Part shown: positions 8,789-18,332 of the stretch, piece after piece
Position numbering within the stretch: position 1 is the first letter of the stretch
How the letters are laid out: every line of letters starts with the position of its first letter
From: an uncultured bacterium
GTDB lineage: Bacteria; Bdellovibrionota; Bacteriovoracia; Bacteriovoracales; Bacteriovoracaceae
Direction: 5' to 3'
Assembly: GCA_965365285.1 (NCBI GenBank)
Contig: CBDUBC010000003.1
Span: 3,461-67,460 of the forward strand
DNA length: 64,000 bases
The notes under the pieces: model-generated
What the model was told of the DNA's origin: nothing
Database searches by the model: none
Seen by the model: only the letters and a program-made list of their open reading frames with translations
Made by a program: the position numbers and the translations under genes

Positions 8789-9629
8789 CTTTTTTCAACA
8801 CACTAAAATAAATCGGACCCCATAAGGAGTTATCTGGTAAAACAATATTTCCAAACTCTGTTTTCTCACCAAAAGGAAGCTCTACCCTTTCTAGAGAAAA
8901 ATGACTGTTTCGCTTTAAAAATTTCTCAATGACATCATCGTTTTCGTGAGTGGAAATAGAGCAAGTACTGTAGACCATTTTTCCACCGGCCTTTAAAACC
9001 TGAGCAGCACTTGAAATCATCGTATATTGCTCTTTACTTAATCTTTTGGTTCGCCCTACTTTCCAATCTTTCATGCCTTTTTCAAGCAGATGTCTTTCTG
9101 AACTGCAGGGGACATCTAAAAGAATTTTGTCATAGGCCTCTTTTTCATAGAGACACCAAACCTTTGTATCATGACCTGTAACGGTAACAGATTCTTGCAG
9201 GTTTTTAGGTAAATAAGATTCAAATACTTTAATAAGTCTATTTCTTCGAGGAGCACTTCGATCATTACTTGTTAGCTTAATCTTTGGATTTAAAAAGATT
9301 GTGGTCAGACTTTTTCCTCCTGGGGCCGCGCACATGTCTAAAACTTTATCACCCTCTTGAACATCAAGTGCTCTTGCAGCTAGCACCGAGGCAGCATCTA
9401 GAAGATAATAGTTCAAAAGATTATTTTCATCGGCGAGGGGAGATTCCATACCCTCATGACAATAAAAGGCTCCTTCTAGGATCTCTTCCCATCCAGAGGT
9501 CTCAATTTCTGATTTACAATGAGGATTTAAAAGAGCGACATGATTTTTGGCCGCAACTAATGCAGATTTAAGATTTTCCCAGCGCTCTTGGTAGATGCCT
9601 TTATAAAATTCATCAAATGTCATTTTCAT
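8775..9629 (-). CDS. RsmB/RsmF/NOP2-family RNA cytosine-C5 methyltransferase
   Basis: 284 aa with DMCAAPGGKS (SAM motif), DVPCSS and VYSTCS catalytic-cysteine motifs. Confidence 0.75.
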   Translation of the reverse strand: MKMTFDEFYKGIYQERWENLKSALVAAKNHVALLNPHCKSEIETSGWEEILEGAFYCHEGMESPLADENNLLNYYLLDAASVLAARALDVQEGDKVLDMCAAPGGKSLTTIFLNPKIKLTSNDRSAPRRNRLIKVFESYLPKNLQESVTVTGHDTKVWCLYEKEAYDKILLDVPCSSERHLLEKGMKDWKVGRTKRLSKEQYTMISSAAQVLKAGGKMVYSTCSISTHENDDVIEKFLKRNSHFSLERVELPFGEKTEFGNIVLPDNSLWGPIYFSVLKKDGNA

Positions 9630-9700
9630 TGGCGTAACTTAGTTAAAAACCCTTTGCCAAGCAAGGGCCTGATTGATAAATCTTCAGAAAAAGGATTATT

Positions 9701-10696
9701 GTGGAAAATTTTTCATCATTAGCGCTCAAAATTGAGGACAACCAAATCTTTCTTCTGGACCAGCAGCTTCTCCCACATCAAATGGAATGGGTTAACTGCA
9801 CTCAGCTTGATGATATGATCCATGCTATTAAAAATCTTAAGGTTAGAGGAGCCCCTCTCATAGGCATAGCAGCGGCTTTTATGCTTGAGAAGCTCAAAGA
9901 AGATGGAGTATCAGGGCAAGAGCTCGAAAAAGCGGCACTGAAGCTTCGAGAATCCCGCCCAACCGCTGTAAATTTGATGAATGCTATCGATCGAATAATG
10001 GCCGGTGATAAAAATGCTTATCAGCTCGCTCACGAGGATGTGGAACTCTGCCAAAAAATGGGGCAATTTGGAGCTGATCTGATTGAGGATGGTGATAATA
10101 TATTAACTCACTGCAACACCGGTGGTCTCGCTACGGTTGGAAGAGGAACTGCTTTGGGGGTTATTCAAACTGCATGGGAGCAAGGAAAAAAGATTCATGT
10201 CTACGTTGATGAAACAAGACCTCTTCTTCAAGGTGGTCGACTAACGACCTGGGAGCTTGAGCAACTTGGCATCCCCTACACTCTTATCTGTGACAATATG
10301 GCGGCTTCCCTTATGCGAGAAGGAAAAGTTCAAAAAGTTTTTCTAGGTGCCGATCGGATTGCTCTAAATGGAGATTTTGCTAACAAGATTGGAACTTATA
10401 ATCTCTCCATTCTTTGTAAATATCATAATATTCCTTTCTATACGGTCGCTCCCTTTACAACCATTGATAAAGAATGTCCTACCGGAGCGAGTATTGAAAT
10501 AGAACAAAGAAATCCCAAAGAAGTTCAAGGTGTTGCAGGAAGTTTTGGAGAAGTTTTATGGTCTCCAGACTGCAAAGTACATAATCCCGCTTTTGATGTA
10601 AGCCCTGCTGAAAACCTGACTGGAATTGTTTTTGACTTTGGAGTTTTAATTCAAAAGCAACTTCTCCAAGGTGAAATTTCAAATCATCTAAGTTAA
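9701..10696 (+). CDS. mtnA: S-methyl-5-thioribose-1-phosphate isomerase (eIF-2B alpha/beta/delta family)
   Basis: 331 aa with VRGAPLIGIAAA, RPTAVNL, THCNTGGLAT and GADRIA. GTG start in the track. Confidence 0.85.
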   Translation: MENFSSLALKIEDNQIFLLDQQLLPHQMEWVNCTQLDDMIHAIKNLKVRGAPLIGIAAAFMLEKLKEDGVSGQELEKAALKLRESRPTAVNLMNAIDRIMAGDKNAYQLAHEDVELCQKMGQFGADLIEDGDNILTHCNTGGLATVGRGTALGVIQTAWEQGKKIHVYVDETRPLLQGGRLTTWELEQLGIPYTLICDNMAASLMREGKVQKVFLGADRIALNGDFANKIGTYNLSILCKYHNIPFYTVAPFTTIDKECPTGASIEIEQRNPKEVQGVAGSFGEVLWSPDCKVHNPAFDVSPAENLTGIVFDFGVLIQKQLLQGEISNHLS

Positions 10697-10731
10697 AATT
10701 AGAGCTGACTATAATAAATTAAGGAAGATTT

Positions 10732-11493
10732 ATGAAGCTCTCCCAGCTTGCTCTATTATTACTTTCTTTTCTTTTTACCTCTCAAGTATTTGGGGCGAAA
10801 AGCAAAATTATTCTTTGTGGTAATGATGCTTTTGAGCCTTACACTTTTAAAGATGAAAAAACTCAAAAAGAAATTTATGGGCCTCAAGTGGATTTTCTTA
10901 AGAGAATTGCTAATGATTTAGGATATGAGCTTGTAGTGAATTACTACCCTTTCAAAAGAATGCTTATTGAACTTGAACAAGGTGACCTCGATTGTGCCTT
11001 TACTCTTTTTAGAAATGATGAAAGAGAGGCATTTGCTAATTTTACGGACGTTCCAATTCATGTATCAAAACTCTCTATTTTTACTCATAAAGATAAATCT
11101 TTTAAATTTCGAGGCCTTGAAGATCTCTTTGGAAAACGAATTGCAATCGTTAGAGGTTTTAGTACAACGAAACAATTTGATGAAGCAAAACAGGCAAAGA
11201 AAATCAAAGTAAAGGAATTCACCGGACCAGAGCAAATTTTTAGCATGCTCAATAGCAAAAGAATTGATGGGACGATCATGAATTCGACCGTTGCAAAAAA
11301 CTATATTAAAAAAAATAAGCTCCTTAATATTATTGAACTACCTATTTCACTTGCTAATCGAGGAGCATACATAGCCTTTTCTAAAAAGGGTCATTATCCG
11401 TTTCTCGCAAGTCCCTTTACGGGTTTTCTCTTTAAGTATCTCCTTACGGGAAAAATTGGTACTATCTATAGAAAAGCAGGATTGCTGAAGTGA
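10732..11493 (+). CDS. Periplasmic solute-binding protein, family 3-like
   Basis: 253 aa. Has a signal peptide (LLLLSFLFTSQVFGA). The layout resembles polar amino-acid SBPs (ILCGNDAFEPYTF, DCAFTL, IAIVRGF). Confidence 0.65.
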   Translation: MKLSQLALLLLSFLFTSQVFGAKSKIILCGNDAFEPYTFKDEKTQKEIYGPQVDFLKRIANDLGYELVVNYYPFKRMLIELEQGDLDCAFTLFRNDEREAFANFTDVPIHVSKLSIFTHKDKSFKFRGLEDLFGKRIAIVRGFSTTKQFDEAKQAKKIKVKEFTGPEQIFSMLNSKRIDGTIMNSTVAKNYIKKNKLLNIIELPISLANRGAYIAFSKKGHYPFLASPFTGFLFKYLLTGKIGTIYRKAGLLK

Positions 11494-11903
11494 TCAAAAA
11501 GAAAAAAAGAATTGCTCTTATTGCTCATGATAAAAAAAAGAAGGATCTTCTTAAATGGGTGAAGAAGAATAAAGAAACGCTTTCTAAGCACAAACTTTTT
11601 GCTACGGGTACAACAGGGCAGATTATTGAACAAAAGACGAAACTTGAAATCACCCTTTTTAAAAGCGGGCCGCTTGGTGGAGATCAGCAAATAGCAAGTA
11701 AAATTTGCGAAGAGAAGATTGATGTTCTCATTTTCTTTTGGGATCCTTTAACTGCAATGCCTCATGACCCAGACATTAAGGCCCTTCTTCGATTGGCCAC
11801 TCTTTATAATATTGTGATTGCTTGTAACGAAACGACCGCCGATTTTATTCTCCACTCTCCCTTATTTCTAGAGCCATACTCTCCAAGAGTTCATTTAGAG
11901 TAG
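11490..11903 (+). CDS. mgsA: Methylglyoxal synthase
   Basis: 137 aa with IALIAHDKKK, ATGTTG, GPLGGDQQI and FWDPLTAMPHDPD. GTG start overlaps the upstream stop by 4 nt. Confidence 0.85.
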   Translation: MIKKKKRIALIAHDKKKKDLLKWVKKNKETLSKHKLFATGTTGQIIEQKTKLEITLFKSGPLGGDQQIASKICEEKIDVLIFFWDPLTAMPHDPDIKALLRLATLYNIVIACNETTADFILHSPLFLEPYSPRVHLE

Positions 11904-12166
11904 TTACTTGCCTTTCCTACGAGGTGTGCAACTAAAGGAGAGGTCATGAGTAAGAAGACAATCAGGATCAGTGACTTCAACGTAATTTCAAAATCCCAAA
12001 AATGAATCATCGTTCCGAAAACAATCGTAGTGATACCAAATACCAGAGAGTTAGAACTCGCATGAAGTCGCACGAAAATATCATTAAAGCGAAACATTCC
12101 TAGGCAGGCCGTAAAAGTGAAAAAAGAACCAAAAAGAATAAATAAAGCTACAATCATTTCTTTCAT
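11891..12166 (-). CDS. mrpG: Mrp/Mnh cation:proton antiporter subunit G
   Basis: 91-aa three-TM protein. It is the last gene of a seven-gene overlapping operon in canonical A-G order. Confidence 0.8.
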   Translation of the reverse strand: MKEMIVALFILFGSFFTFTACLGMFRFNDIFVRLHASSNSLVFGITTIVFGTMIHFWDFEITLKSLILIVFLLMTSPLVAHLVGKASNYSK

Positions 12167-12435
12167 TTGATCGCCTTTTTATAAATCAAGGTACATAAAC
12201 TGGCCGTACCTACGAAGGGTAAGATGGCATAGATCATCAAAATATCAATTAGTGTTTTATTGCTAGATTCAATCATAAAAATCATTAAAAGCCCTTGTCC
12301 TGTGATGGCCATCATATCCATAGCAATGGTTCGATCCAAAGGTTTTGGACCTCTTAAGAATCGAATGAGAACTAATAATATGCCTAAAAATAGAAGAATT
12401 TTTGATATGGCAAAAATAATTTCAATCGTATTCAT
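12163..12435 (-). CDS. mrpF: Mrp/Mnh antiporter subunit F
   Basis: 90-aa hydrophobic protein (LIRFLRGPKPLDRTIAMD is the typical MrpF motif). Operon position fits. Confidence 0.8.
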   Translation of the reverse strand: MNTIEIIFAISKILLFLGILLVLIRFLRGPKPLDRTIAMDMMAITGQGLLMIFMIESSNKTLIDILMIYAILPFVGTASLCTLIYKKAIK

Positions 12436-12758
12436 TAAAAAATCCCCTTGATGAGAGGTATATAATTTTCCTTCATTTTTTGAACGAATTCTTCTTCCTC
12501 TTCCGGAAAGAGGATATGAATGAGAAGATTTTTTTCATCCTCTAAGTAACAGACACTGAGCGTTCCTGGAGTAATCGTGATTAAATGAGTGAGAAAAAGA
12601 AGTTCATAGTCGTTGTTAAAAGTAGCTGGAAGTTTAATCATCGCTGGATTCATTCGAGGCTTTAGGCTAAAAATTTGAATAGCGAGTTTAACATTCGAAT
12701 GAAAAAGATCTCTTGAGTAAATAAAGAGTAAATATAAAAATAGTCTTATTCTTCTCAT
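12435..12758 (-). CDS. mrpE: Mrp/Mnh antiporter subunit E (short form)
   Basis: 107 aa. Has the ITITPGTLSV motif and the correct operon position. It is shorter than the ~160 aa I expect for MrpE. Confidence 0.65.
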   Translation of the reverse strand: MRRIRLFLYLLFIYSRDLFHSNVKLAIQIFSLKPRMNPAMIKLPATFNNDYELLFLTHLITITPGTLSVCYLEDEKNLLIHILFPEEEEEFVQKMKENYIPLIKGIF

Positions 12759-14260
12759 AGGTTTTTTCCCTTTAAGACTCTATTGATATAGGTTTTTTGA
12801 TCAAGTAAATCCATCGCCGCTTTTTCCGCGAGTTGATAGCTTCTCGCGGGATTGATACTAATCCAAATGGTCACAAAAGCGAGAATAATCATAGGTACGA
12901 AAAAGCTTTTATGAATCTTGATATGATGAAGTTCTTCATGATGCATTTTTTTGGAGCTTTTTTTCCAAAATCCCTCCGACCAAATTTTAATCATAGAATA
13001 GAGAGTAAGAAAGCCTACAAATAGACTTACGATGGCCGCTAGATAATGATGACTTTCAATGGCACGAAATAAGACTCCATATTTAGCGAAAAAACCGGAC
13101 AAAGGAGGGATACCAGCAAGAGAAAGAGCAGGAATTAAAAAGAGTAAACTAAAATAAGGATGTTCTTTATAAATATCTCCCATTTTAGAAAGTCGATCAG
13201 ATCCTCTTAAGTGCTGAACAACTCCTGCCGCAAAAAAGAGATTCGTTTTCACCGCGATATGGTGGACCATATAGAGGACTGCGGAAGCAATACCAAATTT
13301 ACCAAATAATCCAAGCCCAAGGATCATATAACCAATTTGGCTCACGATATGAAAAGATAGAATATTTCTCATACTGGAACGACTAACGGCTCCAAAAACA
13401 CCTACAATCATCGTCAAGCATGCTACAATTAAAAGTGGTCCTCTCAGCCAATGAAAGTCATGACCAAAAAATAAAACAGAGCATCGAATAAGAGAATAAA
13501 CTCCTACTTTCGTGAGAAGTCCTGCAAAGATTGCACTAACAGAATAGGATGTATTCGGGTAACTAACAGGAAGCCAAAAAAAGAGCGGAAAAATTGCCGA
13601 TTTAATACCAAAGGCGAGAAATAGTAAAACAAAAGAACTTTTAAGCTCTGGAGTAAGAGTAGAAAAGCTTATCACTCTCTGAGCGACGTCTGCCATATTA
13701 AGAGTTCCTAGCTTTCCATAAATAAGACCTAATGCACTTAAAAAGAGTAACGAAGAAAAAAGATTGATTAAAGTGTATTTAAGAGCACCACCAAGTTGGT
13801 AAGTATCTCCTCCAAGAGCAAGAAGAAGAAAGCTCGACATCAGCATCACTTCATACCAAACGTAGAGATTAAAAAGATCTCCCGTGCAAAAGGCACCACA
13901 CACCCCCATCATAAGAAACTGAAGAAAGGGATAGAGTCCAAGCCTAAATTTTCTGGGCTCCTCCATCTTGTATGAAAATATAATCGTGGAAAACCCTACG
14001 AGTGAACAAATCATGAGCATGAGAGCACTAAAAGTATCGATTACAAAAGTTATACCAAAAGGAGAGGCCCAATTACCCATGGTCTGAATAAGAGGTCCGT
14101 GATCAATAACATGACCTAAAATATAAAAAGACAACACCACATGAAAAAATGAGCTTATTTGAGAAAGCCATTTTTGATAGCGGCATCTATTCCATAAAAA
14201 GATACAGAGAACACCTGTTAATAAAGGGAGAAGAATCGGTAGAATAATGAGAAAGTTCAT
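12755..14260 (-). CDS. mrpD: Mrp/Mnh antiporter subunit D (NuoM/N-like)
   Basis: 501-aa polytopic membrane protein of the complex I antiporter-like subunit family. Operon position fits. Confidence 0.85.
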   Translation of the reverse strand: MNFLIILPILLPLLTGVLCIFLWNRCRYQKWLSQISSFFHVVLSFYILGHVIDHGPLIQTMGNWASPFGITFVIDTFSALMLMICSLVGFSTIIFSYKMEEPRKFRLGLYPFLQFLMMGVCGAFCTGDLFNLYVWYEVMLMSSFLLLALGGDTYQLGGALKYTLINLFSSLLFLSALGLIYGKLGTLNMADVAQRVISFSTLTPELKSSFVLLFLAFGIKSAIFPLFFWLPVSYPNTSYSVSAIFAGLLTKVGVYSLIRCSVLFFGHDFHWLRGPLLIVACLTMIVGVFGAVSRSSMRNILSFHIVSQIGYMILGLGLFGKFGIASAVLYMVHHIAVKTNLFFAAGVVQHLRGSDRLSKMGDIYKEHPYFSLLFLIPALSLAGIPPLSGFFAKYGVLFRAIESHHYLAAIVSLFVGFLTLYSMIKIWSEGFWKKSSKKMHHEELHHIKIHKSFFVPMIILAFVTIWISINPARSYQLAEKAAMDLLDQKTYINRVLKGKNL

Positions 14261-14604
14261 TAGATATTCTCCTCAATATCATTCATGTCATCAGTTCTTA
14301 AGTATTCATAAACCTTAAGACTTAACATAAGAAAAAAAGCAAAAACGCCAAAACTTATGACGATCGCAGTGAGAATTAATGCCTGGGGAAGCGGATCGGC
14401 ATGAGGAGTCACGAGAGATTTCATATTTTCAGGAATAAAGGCAGGAAGACCGCGATGATTTCCTCCTGCGACGAAAATAAGAAGGTTAATCCCATTAGAA
14501 AGGACAAGAATTCCAATAAGGTTTCGAATAAGAGATCTTTGAAGAAGCAGATAGAACCCTGTAAAGTAAATCATTCCCAAGGTGAAGGCCTTAAAAAAAA
14601 TCAT
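14260..14604 (-). CDS. mrpC: Mrp/Mnh antiporter subunit C (NuoK-like)
   Basis: 114 aa with three TM segments. Operon position fits. Confidence 0.8.
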   Translation of the reverse strand: MIFFKAFTLGMIYFTGFYLLLQRSLIRNLIGILVLSNGINLLIFVAGGNHRGLPAFIPENMKSLVTPHADPLPQALILTAIVISFGVFAFFLMLSLKVYEYLRTDDMNDIEENI

Positions 14605-15008
14605 ACCTCAAGCTCCTCCTCTAAAGCTTGCACCACCTGTAAAACCATCCCTGTCACAAGGAGATAGACTCCTAAATCAAAAAAGAAAACCGTTGAAGGG
14701 ATAAAGCCTAGAATGTTTAGATCTGGCCACAACCCGGTTAAAAATGGCTTTTGAATAAAAAGAGGAATAGTACCCGCTGTAAGAGCACATAAAAGTCCAA
14801 AGGCCATCATAAACTTAGGATTCCAATGAAGTGATGGTTTTCCTTTTTCTTTGGTAAGAGATTTTAAAACGATAGAAACCGCTAGAATGAGCCCACCAAT
14901 AAAACCTCCGCCTGGGTTATTATGACCTCGAAAAAGGATGATAATAGAGACAACAATTTGAATAGGAAAAATAATCCTTACTGCCGTATTAAATATCCGA
15001 GAGTTCAT
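14601..15008 (-). CDS. mrpB: Mrp/Mnh antiporter subunit B
   Basis: 135 aa with four TM segments and HNNPGGGFIGGL, typical of MrpB. Confidence 0.8.
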   Translation of the reverse strand: MNSRIFNTAVRIIFPIQIVVSIIILFRGHNNPGGGFIGGLILAVSIVLKSLTKEKGKPSLHWNPKFMMAFGLLCALTAGTIPLFIQKPFLTGLWPDLNILGFIPSTVFFFDLGVYLLVTGMVLQVVQALEEELEV

Positions 15009-17262
15009 TTTTTTCCTTTTTACTTTTCAGTAGAGAAAAAACTCCAAGCCCTGCTAAACAAAGCACCGTAATTTCACCTAGAGTATCAAGACCTCTAAAA
15101 TCAACCAGAATGACATTGACAACATTTCGCCCGCGCGCCATCAAATAACTATTTTGAGAAAAGAAATTACTAATCTTAGGTTGAACATCGAGATTGAGTG
15201 CCTCAAGGGTAATTAATGCTAGAAAACTTGCAAGAGTTCCAGCGACTAGTAAGGAGATTATTTTTTTATTCTCATTCATATGGGAGCGATAAATTGGAAG
15301 TCTTCTAATAGCGATCACGAGAAGAACGAGAGTTAGAATCTCTACCATCATTTGTGTGAGGGCGAGATCTGGTGCACCATAAAGCGCGTAAATAAAAGTG
15401 ACTCCTAATCCAATTCCACCAGAAGCGATAACGCTTCCTAACCTCGACTTAAGCCTTATAGCAAGTAAACAGCTTGCATTCATTAAAAGCAAGGCGGCTA
15501 AATCAAGTGGGGCTACATCTTCCCAATTTAAATAAAGAGGAGTTCTAAATTGAGAAACAAGAGGAACAAGACAAGCAATGGTAAAAACCATAATTGTAAC
15601 TATATATTTCCAATAGTCTCCATCTTGAAAATTGTTAATAAAGTTCCCGGAAAAAGAAATGAGTGCATTAAGTATTCTCTTATAAATATTATAGGCCTTA
15701 TCGATAAAAGGCATTCTTTTGGTAGTGAGATTTTTAGTCCATCGATATAATAAGTAAGACAGGACGAATACAGCAATGCTTAAAGCAAGCAACCCATCAG
15801 GTTTATGCCATAGAGTTAAAATTTCAGGATGCGGTTTTCCAATCACTCCTAGAACAGAGCGATTAATGATCATCTCAGTTAAAGAGTTTGCAAAGACTCC
15901 AAAAATCAATCCTGCTAATCCGATCATAAAAGGACAAATCCACAGAAGAAGAGAAAGGTCTTTATTATGGGGAGATTCTTTTGATTTTTTAAAGAAGGGT
16001 AAAAGATACTTTAGTGTCGCACTCACCATCATAAGGTTAGCAAGAGAAAGAGCTACTAGACTAAAAATAGAATGCTCTTGGGCCGATTTATAGAAAAGAT
16101 GCTTAGAAACATAACCTACAAACGGAGGAAGTCCAAGCATTGATATGGCCGCTAAAAAAGCGACAAGACTAGTGAGCGGTAAAAACTTTCTAAGATTGGA
16201 CAAATGTGTAAGGTCTCTTGTATGCATATGGTGATCAATAGATCCCACGGTCATAAAAAGAGAAGATTTAAAAAGAGCATGGGTCAAAATATAAACAATT
16301 CCAGCTTGCAGACCAAGGTCAGACCCTAATCCCACTAAAGCAAAAATAATTCCCAATGAACTTATGGTGGTAAAGGCCAAAAGCCTTTTAAGATCAGTTT
16401 GAAATAGAGCGCTAAAAGCTCCCAAAAGTGCTGTAAAGGAACCAATCACGATCAGAGAGTCTAGAGCAATAATACTTTGTCTGATTAAAGGAAAAAATAC
16501 AATAACTAGAAAAATACCGGCCTTTACCATTGTCGCAGAATGAAGAAAGGCACTGACTGGAGTTGGCGCAACCATGGCTCGTGGTAACCAAAAATGAAAT
16601 GGAAATTGTGCTGATTTTGTGAAGGCCGCGATTAAAAGACTACCTAGAATCCAAGGAAAGAATTTAAAGCTGGAGGCATCAAGGCTTACGATTTGATTTA
16701 GCTCTAGAGTTTTCACATCGAGAAAAAAAAGAACGATAGCGGCAAGAAAAAAAAGATCCCCAAAACCTGTCACAAAAAGTGCTGTTTTAGCATTTTCTCG
16801 AGCAATTTCAACCTGGTGAGAATATCCAATAAGAAGAAAGGAAGTGATCCCTGTAAGCTCCCAAAAAATGAAGGTTAGCATCAGGTTATTACTGAGAACG
16901 ACTCCAAGCATACTCATCTTAAATAGAAGTATGACTGCAAGAAATCGCCCTTCTTCTTCATTTTTATTAAAATAGCTAAAAGAATAACTTAAAATGAATG
17001 TACCTATAAAGCTTATGAGAGTGGCAAAGAGGAGATTAAAGCCATTTTGATGAAAAGAAAGATAAAGCCCCCATTCTTTAAACCAAGGATAAGAAAAAAT
17101 AATTTGGTTGAGTTGTCCTCTAAAAAATAATTGCTCACCAAATAAGAAACAAAGACCAAAAGAATAAAGGACTACGGAAGCGTAACTCACTCCTCTGCCT
17201 AATTTATAAATAAATGGTAAAAGAGCAGCTAAAATAAACCCGCAAAAAAAATAGCTAATCAA
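14989..17262 (-). CDS. mrpA: Mrp/Mnh antiporter subunit A (NuoL-like with C-terminal MrpB-like extension)
   Basis: 757-aa polytopic protein of the NuoL/MrpA family, first gene of the operon. TTG start in the track. Confidence 0.85.
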   Translation of the reverse strand: MISYFFCGFILAALLPFIYKLGRGVSYASVVLYSFGLCFLFGEQLFFRGQLNQIIFSYPWFKEWGLYLSFHQNGFNLLFATLISFIGTFILSYSFSYFNKNEEEGRFLAVILLFKMSMLGVVLSNNLMLTFIFWELTGITSFLLIGYSHQVEIARENAKTALFVTGFGDLFFLAAIVLFFLDVKTLELNQIVSLDASSFKFFPWILGSLLIAAFTKSAQFPFHFWLPRAMVAPTPVSAFLHSATMVKAGIFLVIVFFPLIRQSIIALDSLIVIGSFTALLGAFSALFQTDLKRLLAFTTISSLGIIFALVGLGSDLGLQAGIVYILTHALFKSSLFMTVGSIDHHMHTRDLTHLSNLRKFLPLTSLVAFLAAISMLGLPPFVGYVSKHLFYKSAQEHSIFSLVALSLANLMMVSATLKYLLPFFKKSKESPHNKDLSLLLWICPFMIGLAGLIFGVFANSLTEMIINRSVLGVIGKPHPEILTLWHKPDGLLALSIAVFVLSYLLYRWTKNLTTKRMPFIDKAYNIYKRILNALISFSGNFINNFQDGDYWKYIVTIMVFTIACLVPLVSQFRTPLYLNWEDVAPLDLAALLLMNASCLLAIRLKSRLGSVIASGGIGLGVTFIYALYGAPDLALTQMMVEILTLVLLVIAIRRLPIYRSHMNENKKIISLLVAGTLASFLALITLEALNLDVQPKISNFFSQNSYLMARGRNVVNVILVDFRGLDTLGEITVLCLAGLGVFSLLKSKKEKNELSDI

Positions 17263-17273
17263 AATTTACCCTT

Positions 17274-18269
17274 TTAGGCCTTCCAGTCTCGTTCAAGCCT
17301 TGGTTTATTATTGAGGATGTTTTCTATTTTTTCACAGATATCGGTGGTAAGCTTTGGGATCACCTCTAATGAATCTAGATTTTCAGAGAGTTGATTCTCT
17401 TTGGAAGCCCCCAAAATGACAGTAGAGACATGAGGGTTAAGAAGACACCAGGCAAGAGATAACTGAGTGAGGCTCACGCCAATTTCTTTAGCTATTTTTT
17501 CGAGCTCAATCGCTTTTTGAACTTTATTCTGCCCTTCCTCACTTTTAAGCTGATCTTTTAACCAGGAGAAGTTTTCAAGAGACATCCGCGAACCTGATGG
17601 GATCCCCTTATTATATTTACCTGTAAGAATACCGCTGGCTAATGGAGACCAAATGGTTGTTCCAATCCCAACCTCTTTAAATACTCTAAGGTATTCACTC
17701 TCTAATTTTTCACGATGGAAAAGATTATATTGTGGTTGCTCCATACTCGGGCCAACAAGTTTGTATTCTTTAGCGATGGCGTGGGCATGCATAATTTGAT
17801 CCGCATTCCACTCGCTAGTTCCCCAGTAAAAAATCTTTCCTTGGGACATGAGATGATTCATCGTGATCACGATTTCTTCCATCGGCGTGTCTTCATCAGG
17901 TCTATGACAAAAGTAAAGATCAAGATAATCAACTTGAAGTCTATCTAAGGCGGCGTGACATGCTTCAACGAGATGTTTTCGATTTAATCCTCTTTGAGTG
18001 GGAAGTGATCCCCCCCAAAAAACTTTAGAGGATACCATGAAGGTATCTCGTGGCCATTTGAGAGACCTAAGAGTCTTTCCCATGATGACTTCAGACTCTC
18101 CTGCTGCATAAACCTCTGCGTTATCAAAAAAGTTGACTCCCCTTTCATAGGCCAAAGACATAAGATTTTCAGAAAGTTTGGTATCGACTTGGTTTCCATA
18201 GGTAACCCATGTACCAAATGAGAGTGACGAGACAAATGTTCCTGATCTGCCGAGCTTCCGGTACTGCAT
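17274..18269 (-). CDS. Aldo/keto reductase, Kv-beta-subunit-like
   Basis: 331 aa. MQYRKLGRSGTFVSSLSFGTWVTYGNQV ... GVNFFDNAEVYAAGESE closely follows the K+ channel beta-subunit/AKR6-type N-terminus. Its stop is 11 nt upstream of the mrpA start. Confidence 0.85.
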   Translation of the reverse strand: MQYRKLGRSGTFVSSLSFGTWVTYGNQVDTKLSENLMSLAYERGVNFFDNAEVYAAGESEVIMGKTLRSLKWPRDTFMVSSKVFWGGSLPTQRGLNRKHLVEACHAALDRLQVDYLDLYFCHRPDEDTPMEEIVITMNHLMSQGKIFYWGTSEWNADQIMHAHAIAKEYKLVGPSMEQPQYNLFHREKLESEYLRVFKEVGIGTTIWSPLASGILTGKYNKGIPSGSRMSLENFSWLKDQLKSEEGQNKVQKAIELEKIAKEIGVSLTQLSLAWCLLNPHVSTVILGASKENQLSENLDSLEVIPKLTTDICEKIENILNNKPRLERDWKA

Positions 18270-18332
18270 GGTTAAATCTCCTTATTTAACTAGGGAGATT
18301 ATACAACGCTTTATTTATGACCGTCTAATAAC

